Assembly: GCA_964035545.1 (NCBI GenBank)
Contig: OZ037767.1
Location: 26,118,628-26,182,627, forward strand
DNA: 64,000 bases
From: Bugula neritina
Lineage: Eukaryota; Animalia; Bryozoa
Direction of reading: 5' to 3'
The notes under the pieces are model-generated. The model was not told the DNA's origin. It ran no database searches and was given only the letters and a program-made list of their open reading frames with translations. Of this stretch, positions 54,659-64,000 are shown piece by piece. The first letter of the stretch is position 1. Every line of letters starts with the position of its first letter. The position numbers and the translations under genes are program-made.

Positions 54659-56248
54659 CCCCCATTCTACCAACGAAAGGGGGTGGGGTCCAATTAGACC
54701 CCAGAGGGTACGTTTCATATGCCACACAATTATTATTGTTTTGTGACAATGAAAAAGAATATGCCTTTGGGGTTCAATCGGACCCCAGTCTAAAATGTAA
54801 ATTTATCATCCCTTTTAATGCATCTATTACACGGAATTTGTTATTTTTGTGGTGAACTATCGCAAATAATAAAAGATTGGCAAGATGCACTACTGCTCAA
54901 GTCCTGTGAGCTATCCTATACATAGATAATAGGTCTGACTTTGGGATTTCAGATCTATCTGTTGCAGGAAAGGACTACTAGAACAGTCAGAATATAGTGA
55001 CACTGAATCTGTAAACCCAGGAAATCGAAAACAAGTTGATGCTAACCAGCTTCCTCTATCCAGCAATGCATCTGGTAGGAAAAGAGAAAGGCAGTAGGCT
55101 GAGGAAGAGAATGGTGGACTTGGTAGGGCTAATGACCGAGGTAGTGGCCGTGGCCGTGGCTGTGGTAAAGGTAAAGCATCCCAGCAGCCACCAGATATAC
55201 CTGCAAGACAAGATGCCGTTCAAGATGTTTATCAAACACGAAATATATAACTGTGTGGCAAAAACATCCACCAAATGTTGGAAGACATCAACCCCAAGAT
55301 ATAATCAGACAGCAACCAGGCATTAATAATGCTGCCAACTGTAGTTTACTTATTGAAGAATTTGATTTCGTTATCATAACAAATCTTGTTGTTCTAGAAA
55401 CCAATTAAGAAACCAGGCGCTATATCACAGAATGAAACAATGTCAATCCAGCACAACCAAAAGTGTGGAAAGTTGTTGATGCCACTAAAATGAAAGCTTT
55501 CATTGTGCTTTGTCTTCTAGTACATAGATCTAACCACGAGCCAGTCGGTTCATTGTGGTCAAAGAAGAAAGGAAGGCCCATTTTTACAGCAACTATGTCC
55601 TGGACCAGATTCACTGATATATCCTGAAATACCTCAGGTTTGATAATCAAGCAACTCGTGTTAAAAGGAAAGCAACTGACAACTTGGCTCCATTCCGTGA
55701 CTTTTAGAATTTGTTTTAGGCACAACTTCCTAAGTTCTACACACCTGGAACTGACCTTTTTATTGTAATCATGTTTGTTTGTGATGTGCCCTAATTGAAA
55801 ATGTTCTTTTCGATCATTCAACAACTATTGAATCAATTCACAGATATTGTATTTGTGGTGCAAACATACTCCAGCCAAGAAACCTTGTAAATAATATAAG
55901 TTCTGTGTTCAGAATTGCTTATTTTTTGCTTGCACTTAGTTTCTAACATTTATACTCTGTACAATTCTATTGGAGTTGCTGTTAATTTAGTTACAAAAAA
56001 TGAACAAAATATCTGAAACTGTGCTTATTTTATTCTATTTATGGCTTATATAGTTAGAATAAAACAGCTGGTAATAATGAGCAATTTATATGGCATAGCT
56101 TTTCCTTTTAATTACTAATAAAATAAGCACGAACTAAAAATGTTGGTTGTTATTAATATTCATTTAAAAAATTCACATATTGTAATTGGAGTCCAAATGA
56201 ACTCCAGTTAGTAAAATTTGCATGTAAAATATGTCAGTAAGAGCAGGG
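54659..56248 (+). mobile_element. Internally deleted, decayed piggyBac element (PGBD4-like transposase remnant)
   Basis: ~55450-55755 translates, with stops and frameshifts, as WKVVDATKMKAFI..HRSNHEPVGSLWSKKKGRPIFTATMSWTRF..LKYLRFDN..R.KRKATDNLAPFRD..LPKFYTPG. Degenerate TTAA-CCC/GGG-TTAA ends (tcaa|ccc, ggg|ttca) and subterminal ggggtccaattagacccc-type motifs. Confidence 0.8.
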
Positions 56249-58006
56249 TTCATTTTTAGTCATTATACATTACTAGTAGGACTCTATATGTAGAAATTGA
56301 AATTTACAAAGATCAGTGTTGGATTAGTTGGTTATAAAATTTTAAAATTGTCTTCATCGCTTAAAGTTAGCGCATTTGATAGAGTTCAAGCTTATATAAA
56401 GATTTTTAAACTATTTTTTGTTAATATAAACTGGTCAGGATTTTTTGTTAATAGAAACTAATAGTAATTAATATTTTATATTTTACAAACTTGACTGTAT
56501 CTAAAGTTTTCCCTCAGTTGAATGCTTAAAATGTGACTAGTGATGGCAATGCAAGTTACTATTAATAAAAAATGTGAGAATTATAAGCAGTATAGGCGTA
56601 CTCTTGCGCAGCACTTTGCTGTAAGAAATTTAAACTATCTGTAAGCAATTTAACATGCTATTGTGTCTGCAAAATAGTGGTTTTAGCTGGTTAAAAAACA
56701 GGTCAGCAATGTCAGCTATGTTATAAACAAACGAAATGCAATGTCGCTGTCTCTGTAAAAAATTTAAATATATTATCCTCTGAAATAAATCAAATATCAA
56801 GAAAATTGTCAAAACCATAGATTAGCCTTGTTGTTTTTAGAATTTTAGATTATCAGCGAACTGTTTTATTCGTTTTTAAATTATATAGACTGTGAAATTT
56901 TACATTATAGCCACATGCAAGTAACATCTGCTAGTCAAGGCTATAGTTTTCCTTATAACATTATATGTTACCTTTTGCGTGCGTGCGTGCGTGCCTGTAT
57001 GTGTGTGCGTATGTGTGTGTGTGTGTGTAAAGCTGATCGAATTTTCTGACTTTATATTGCACTACATCATGTAGAAATAACAATATTTGCAAGATCAAAA
57101 TTATTGTTTAAATTATCTATAGGCTATATTGATGTTGTACTACCCACTGCATTAAACATACTGGTGCATGCACAAACAGCATGCTACACTGCATTCATAG
57201 CATCTACATAAATGTAATATCTAAAAGTGCAGTGGGCGTACTCTTCGGCAACACTTTGCTGTAAGGAAAAACTATCTGTCAGCAATTTAAAATGCTATTG
57301 TGTCTGCAAAATAATAGTTTTAGCTGGTTAAAAAACAGGTCAGCAATGTCAGCTGTCTTATAAATAGCCTAAAAGCCATGTTGCTGTCTCTGTAAAAAAT
57401 TTAAATATTCTAATCTGAAATTAATCAAATTTCAAGACAAATGTCAAACCATAAATTAGCCTTGTTATTTTGAAAATTGTAGTCAACCAGTGAACTGTGA
57501 TATGCGTTTTTTAAATTATATGGCCTGTGAAATTCTACATCATAAACACATGCAAGTAACATCTGCTGGTGCAAGCTTGCGGTTTCTTTATAACATTATA
57601 TGTTACTGTTTTACAAAAGATATATTATTGCATTCAGCCTTAGAAAGAAAGAGTGAGGTATGCTCTTACTAATTTAACATATCCACCAATCTTCATGTGG
57701 CTATATTTTCACAATAATGTTCTTTATTTACAATGTCAGTTTTATAGCTAATTTCAAACATGTCACTAGATATTGTACTTCACTTACATAATAGGTGGTA
57801 TAAGGTTTCTACAGAACTTTAGAACAAGACGCATATATTCACACTAAAATGCAATATCTATTGAATTATCTTAGCCGACTTTGGTGAATGCAAGATCATA
57901 AGCAATCTTGTAGAACATGTCTTCAAGCCCTCCTCAAGAACGAGAAGACTTTGAGAAAGCTACCCGAGAAGGCCTCGCTTTCCTTCTGAAGTATGAGGAC
58001 CCCTTA

Positions 58007-61000
58007 TAGTGGGGGTGCCAACATGCAAAAATGGGCGGGTGGAGCACATCAATACTAACCTTTGTTGCTATATATCACTGCAAAGCCAACATTCTACTGA
58101 TCTCAGATCTGCGAGTACCTTTTTTGTATCTGGGGGGGTTCTCTCGTGAGAGGGGTGGATATACAGGGGTTCAGCATTTTTCAAGGGGGGACTATGGAAC
58201 TCTAAATATTTAATTTTCTGAGTAGTTTAAGTTTGACATTAAAAATATTTTCAAGGAATGTTTTACACATATGTAACTTTCTCTAACAGAAGTTTTGACC
58301 AAAAATAAAAAAGTGGGCGGAGCCTATAATATGACAAACTACTTTTTTGCATATACCGGATGTTCTCTAAACTGCTACTTTTCTGTTCTAGCATTTAAAA
58401 TGTTGATTTTTGGTATGAAAATACTCTATTGTGTTCTAATAATGCTCCCCAATTTTTATTACGTTCTGAACTATATAACATCTTTCCCAACCATGACAAA
58501 TAAAAAACATAAAACGGGAGTTATCTCCTCCGTTAAAAATTATTGCATTTCTACCCAATAATTTTGCTCTTTGTTGATAGGAACAACATTAGCATGATAA
58601 AAATGTATTCTTAGTGTATTTATATTAGCTTATTGACTTATTTTAAATAATTGATTACGATCAATACTATTAAGTATTAATATTCAATATTTACTGTATA
58701 AATTGAGTGTCCGCAATAATTAACAGACCACTAATATTCGATTTTTTTATTCATAAGTATAGTAACATAAAATATGGTTCATAAAAAAGTAATATTATGA
58801 TTTCAGCATCACAAGCAATTACTATGCTCTTTTATATCAGATATTGGTAGACATTTGTAATTGTATTTATTTATAAATAAGATAGTATTTAAAATTTTAA
58901 TTTACAATAGATCAAGCTTTATTACAAAGTTTTGTTATCTCTAGCGTTTATATACCAAATTAAATATATTATAATTCTTCATCGGAACTGTGTTTGTTGC
59001 CATCATCATCATAATCAGGCTCTTTGTTTGAAAAAGAAGACTGGCCACTTTTGTTGTTGCAATCGAAACATTCACATAAACTACAGCATTTCATCATCAG
59101 GCGCTTGCATTTGCATGCTTTACTCTTACAGCCTGCTTTTTTGCATTTACATGCTGTTAAAATCACATCTGCGTTGCTCTCAAAATCATATTTTATTGGA
59201 GTCAAGTTAGTATCCCAACCATGGTCAAAAATTGGCTGATGAAGTAAAATAGGTGTAAAAGCAAGTTGCCAAAGTGTAACTTGATAATTGGCTCGTTTCA
59301 CGTGATATTCTAGGGAATTCCTACTAGGTGGTAGCTGTGCTTCACTGGAGACATTTTTTAAAGCCAATATTTTATATCTTGCTTCAGTGATATCATCATA
59401 GGCACCATATAGGTTGGAGACAAATCATTCACACTCTAAGTATGTTTCTTCTGATACTGGGGACCAATCATCAGAACCTAAAGACAGATTATAGCTTTCC
59501 TTTTCAAGTACCTCCAAAGCACGCTTTTTAGATATTCGGAAGATAGAACTTACTGAGTCACAACCTGTAAATGCATGGAGTGATAATAGATTCTTGAGAA
59601 ATTTTTGTAGATTTTTTTGGCTGATTCAAAAAGAGATATATATCTTTTGTGACTCCCCATTCCAACGAAGATTACTACATCTTTATTAGCCTGCTCAGTT
59701 AAAACATTACTAAGATGATGTTAAGCGCAATAATAGCAACATCGGTATCTACTGATCTTATTACTACCAAATCACCGTAATCACTCAGTGCATCAGCTGC
59801 ATGAAGGATTAATCTCGTGTCTGCTTCATCATGATTGGATTTCAATTTGTTACAATTTTAACGATAATGGTTTTGCAGAACACAGACTTCTTTGGCGCTA
59901 CACACTAAAAATGTACCAGCTGGAATTTTCTCAATATGTCTACTCCATGCACCTTCACTATGTAATCTACCAACTCATTTTTGTTGTGAATATTGCTCAG
60001 AAAAGCACTCCAGTTTTTGGGAACAGGCAGGTTGTTATGAATAATGGAAATAGAGCACATCTATTGGGCACCCCGTCTAATACGCTCTTGTGCTGTAATT
60101 GATGTTTCAGAATACACGTCAAACACTACATCAACCCTTGTATATCCTTTGCCACATTCAAGAAATATTTCCAACATCTTCAGAGCATAGCTGTAAAAAG
60201 TGCCTGATGTTTTTGTCGAGTGAAGTATGCACATACCATCAAAAATGATCGATTTGTTGGTGGACAGTTGACTATCATCATTGGAGACCCTGTTTCCAAG
60301 ATATTTCTGTTCCAAAATATGCATTAGTTGCGATTTGCATGTTTTTCTCATCTGTCCGTTTTCAGTAAATAGAGCAAGAGGAATGGGACCAATTTCTTTC
60401 TCTAGAACTGTATGCAAATCTTTGGCACTTTTGGCACTTATGAGAAGTTTAGCAAATGATATTTTAGGAACATTTGGTTTAATGGCCGATTGAAGTGATT
60501 TAGCCACAAAGTCAAAGGAAGGGATTTTAAGCCGGTGAATAGCAGTGTAAAATGGTTTTATTGTATTTAAAAGTCTATCTTGAAAAAACTTTTGAGCCAT
60601 TTCTCCTCCCTGAGCCATAGCAGTCACTATTGACAAGGAGGTCTCTGCATCGGGACTTACTCCAGTAGCAATATTAATAAGTTCAGTTGAAGTATTGCTA
60701 AACAACTTAACATCAAACTGCTGCAATGTAAAAAGAATTGCTTGTGTATCAATCTCATCCGTCATAGTTGTAATAATTGTGTCTTCCTTGTGTAGTGTTG
60801 ATGACTGTGAGGCTATTTGGCAAAAATCCTTTTGCAAAGAAAGCAGTTGGGCTCTGATATGACTAGTTAAGAACCATTTTGTCCGAGCTTCTTTATGGTT
60901 GCTAATGCCAATAATGCCTCCAGGTGTTTTACTGTCTCAGTTCAAAGTTTGCTCCAAGACCTGATCTGGAGCCATACCTGCAATTTTTTTTCCTGTCCTG

Positions 61001-63196
61001 TTTACGGTGAATGAACCCTTTGCAAACATTCCATAAACTTCTGGAGCAGATTCAGGCAAATTTAGCATATCAATAAGGTATATAGGCAGCCACCTTGAGT
61101 AGTTTGTGCGATCATACGCAAAAAATACTGGTAGCATTGCCTGCATACTGTCCAAATATAATTGCCAGTTGCCACTACGCTCAGCTCGAATAAATCCCAA
61201 CATGGCTTCTACTGCATGAAGGTAGGAATTCCAGAACATTGAAAGGTTAGATTTTAATTTAGTATGAGAATCAAACTTTTTTATAGCAGTAGCAACTTTA
61301 TCTGCAACAGTGGTCCATTCATGCAAGTTATCATCAATAGAAATACGTATTATGAGACTCTAATGGGTCAAACTGATCATTTTATTGAAGCCATTCCGAA
61401 AGAGATTTTAGTCTCTGCCTTGATATTGCCTCATACAAAATCTCGTGTGCCCGTACACCTCTGTTATAATGCTTACCACATAGCACCTGCTTCACTGTAA
61501 CTTCAGAATATATATCACTGTGTACAAGAACTTGGGCGAGGCCGCTTGATTTTACCATTTTGCCAAGTGCTGCCAAGTAATTCATCAAGATATGAAAACC
61601 GCCCATTCGAATTATTGTGTTTGAAAATTCAGTTGGTTTTTTCCATTGAATCTCTTTGGCAATCTTGTAGATAGCTTGGTCAAATGTAATTACTGAATGT
61701 TTCTGATTTAAAACTTTCATAGTTTTCTTTAGCTGCAGAAGGATTGTATAAATTGTTGATGGATCTGTTGATGGTGCATTAATCATTGGGCAATACCCAA
61801 TGACTGATCTTTTATTATCTTCTGTGGCAACCAAATTTCTTACATTAAAGCTACTCCAGCTGGGGCAGTTATGTGTAGAAGGACTTATGTCCAATTGAAA
61901 TAGTTTGATTGGGGCAAGTCTTGCCAATAGCCATGCTGTATTTAGATTACATGAATCCTCAAGTGACTTTTTCATATTCAGCAATGTCTCTTGACTAAGT
62001 TTTGTGATAAAATATGATTTTGAGAGCAACGCAGATGTGATTTTAACAGCATGTAAATGCAAAAAAGCAGGCTGTAAGAGTAAAGCATGCAAATGCAAGC
62101 GCCTGATGATGAAATGCTGTGGTTTATGTGAATGTTTCGATTGCAACAACAAAAGTGGCCAGTCTTCTTTTTCAAACAAAGAGCCTGATTATGATGATGA
62201 TGGCAACAAACACAGTTCCGATGAAGAATTATAATATATTTAATTTGGTATATAAACGCTAGAGATAACAAAACTTTGTAATAAAGCTTGATCTATTGTA
62301 AATTAAAATTTTAAATACTATCTTATTTATAAATAAATACAATTACAAATGTCTACCAATATCTGATATAAAAGAGCATAGTAATTGCTTGTGATGCTGA
62401 AATCATAATATTACTTTTTTATGAACCATATTTTATGTTACTATACTTATGAATAAAAAAATCGAATATTAGTGGTCTGTTAATTATTGCGGACACTCAA
62501 TTTATACAGTAAATATTGAATATTAATACTTAATAGTATTGATCGTAATCAATTATTCAAAATAAGTCAATAAGCTAATATAAATACACTAAGAATACAT
62601 TTTTATCATGCTAATGTTGTTCCTATCAACAAAGAGCAATATTATTGGGTAGAAATGCAATAATTTTTCACAGAGGAGATAACTCCCGTTTTATGTTTTT
62701 TATTTGTCATGGTTGGGAAAGATGTTATATAGTTCAGAACGTAATAAAAATTGGGGAGCATTATTAGAACACAATAGAGTATTTTTATACCAAAAATCAA
62801 CATTTTAAATGCTAGAACAGAAAAGTAGCAGTTTAGAGAATATCCGGTATATGCAAAAAAGTAGTTTGTCATATTATAGGCTCCGCCCACTTTTTTATTT
62901 TTGGTCAAAACTTCTGTTAGAGAAAGTTACATATGTGTACAACATTCCTTGAAAATATTTTTAATGTCAAACTTAAACTACTCAGAAAATTAAATATTTA
63001 GAGTTCCATAGTCCCCCCTTGAAAAATGCTGAACCCCTGTATATCCACCCCTCTCACGAGAGAACCCCCCCAGATACAAAAAAGGTACTCGCAGATCTGA
63101 GATCAGTAGAATGTTGGCTTTGCAGTGATATATAGCAACAAAGGTTAGTATTGATGTGCTCCACCCGCCCATTTTTGCATGTTGGCACCCCCACTA
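58007..63196 (-). mobile_element. Academ (AcademX-type) DNA transposon derivative, 5190 bp, with 1190-bp inverted arms and TTA TSD
   Basis: TAG termini (TAGTGGGGGTGCC...GGCACCCCCACTA) and a 3-bp TSD TTA (58004-58006, 63197-63199). Inverted arms 58007-59196 and 62007-63196 are near-identical. The coding remnant has transposase, XPG-like nuclease and Cys8 finger parts, the architecture described for Academ. Confidence 0.88.
58969..62006 (-). pseudogene. Academ transposase/XPG/Cys8 polyprotein remnant, N-terminally truncated with nonsense and frameshift lesions
   Basis: ORF pieces: TFDQAIY..RMGGFHILMNYL..SGL..GKHYNRGVRAH; ERSGNWQLY..FFAYDRTNYSRW..DQVLEQTLN*DSK; VDVVFDVY; DTDV and HAFTGCDSVSS (XPG/H3TH-like, ~59550-59750); LPPS..H.KRANYQ..W and CKCKKAGCKSKACKC...CCSLCEC. 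Confidence 0.85.
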
Positions 63197-63569
63197 TTAA
63201 CAGAGTTCTTCAACAACCAATCAATGTACTTCATGCTGAAAGCTGATGGCACATGGGAGCAAACTACTGCTCCTTCATCTGCTTCCAGGTATGTAAGAGG
63301 TCAGAAGAGTGCTGACTTTGTATACGTGTTGCCACGGATATGAAGTCTAGTTAATAATACTAACACAGAGATTCGAGCCACAGAACTCCGGCTTGCAAGC
63401 AATTACACCACAGGGGATGCTGGGTTAACTCAGCACTACAATTATTTCTCCTTTAAAGTTAGCAGACGGTCAGCTAGATAGATTTTATGTTTGCATAAAA
63501 GTTTTTAAACTGTTTAATGTTTATATAAACTATTATATAGTAATTAATATTTTGTACGCAGCCAAAGTC

Positions 63570-63830
63570 GTGGGTGACCTCGACTGCGCTACAAAGATGG
63601 CTGCAAGAAGGATATGAAGGTTGTCGGCATAGATGCAGCATCCTGAGAAGATCTTACATTTGATGGCACGAGTTGGAGAAGCAAACTAAAACACCATCTC
63701 ACATCAGGGGAAAAAACCTCTCAGTGCAGCTGTTGAAAAGGGGGCACACAGAAGGGTTCAGGCTACCTCTGTCAGACCTGAATCTACTTACAAGTGTTAC
63801 CTTTGTAACAAAGACTTCCACTCACTGAGC
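63570..63830 (+). mobile_element. RTE-clade LINE ORF2 3' fragment
   Basis: Translates as G*PRLRYKDGCKKDMKVVGIDAAS*EDLTFDGTSWRSKL...YKCYLCNKDFHS, matching the RTE C-terminus (GRP..RYKD..K.D....GI....WE.LA.DR..WR plus C2H2 finger). Confidence 0.8.
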
Positions 63831-64000
63831 CAGGGAGATAATCCTGGCTGTTTGTTCAGAACTTTAATGAAAGTATGTGTTAGCTTTTTGTAGTTTATTT
63901 AGCTATTTTTGGGCTTTTTGTTATGTTCTTTTTGTTTGTATAATAAGTGTTCACTTGCTAGGAAGACATTGTAAAGAGCTGGTGTTTGTAAGGGGCATTA

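Larger units (their letters stand above)
52140..58006 (+). repeat. Local segmental duplications, blocks A-B-C: A 52140-52350 and 57030-57225; B 52352-52730, 56585-56975 and 57226-57610; C 52900-53450 and 57620-58006 (continuing at 63197-63350)
   Basis: Shared anchors: gcagtRKRggcgtaYtctt..cactttgctgta (3 copies), tacccactgcattaaacata (2 copies), gtgaatgcaagatcataagcaat.ttgtagaacatgtcttcaagccc (2 copies). Confidence 0.85.
57914..63288 (+). pseudogene. Third copy of NTAN1 exon 9 (57914-58006 + 63200-63288), split by the Academ element
   Basis: NMSSSPPQEREDFEKATREGLAFLLKYEDPL|TEFFNNQSMYFMLKADGTWEQTTAPSSAS rejoins in frame when the element and one TTA are removed. Confidence 0.9.

Noticed and set aside
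61382-62179. 265-aa ORF as an intact gene
   Set aside because: It starts at TTG, and its first ~57 codons are the antisense of the duplicated Cys8 region joined by chance in frame to a transposase fragment that ends at a premature stop.
58007-63196. CACTA/EnSpm classification (CACTA at one end, 3-bp TSD)
   Set aside because: The orientation is TAGTG...CACTA, the reverse of CACTA elements. TAG termini plus XPG and Cys8 domains fit Academ.

Overview
AT-rich animal (invertebrate) genomic DNA with spliceosomal introns and many microsatellites. Most entries in the ORF track are exon fragments or repeat artefacts. I rebuilt gene models by hand from GT..AG sites and intron phases. In order: (1) the 5' coding exons of an ABCB9/TAP-like ABC transporter (minus, runs off the left edge); (2) a 14-exon gene for a ~627-aa secreted protein with signal peptide, PAN/apple-like domain, Cys-rich linker and three tandem CTHRC1 C-terminal domains but no collagen helix (minus), whose exon 10 is split 2 nt from its donor by a 1133-bp hAT-type MITE; (3) two tandem, divergent, compact innexin paralogs (minus) whose 3' halves look homogenised; (4) a 15-exon ASPG (asparaginase + ankyrin, minus) head-to-head with (5) a 10-exon NTAN1 (plus) carrying an in-frame TGA, with exon 6 bracketed by mirror-image CA/TG tracts and exon 9 duplicated twice downstream. 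The third exon-9 copy is split by a 5190-bp Academ transposon derivative with 1190-bp inverted arms that include coding sequence. Also present are piggyBac, Sola-like, Tc1/mariner-like MITE, SINE and LINE remnants. Family assignments come from motif recognition only; no database search was run.
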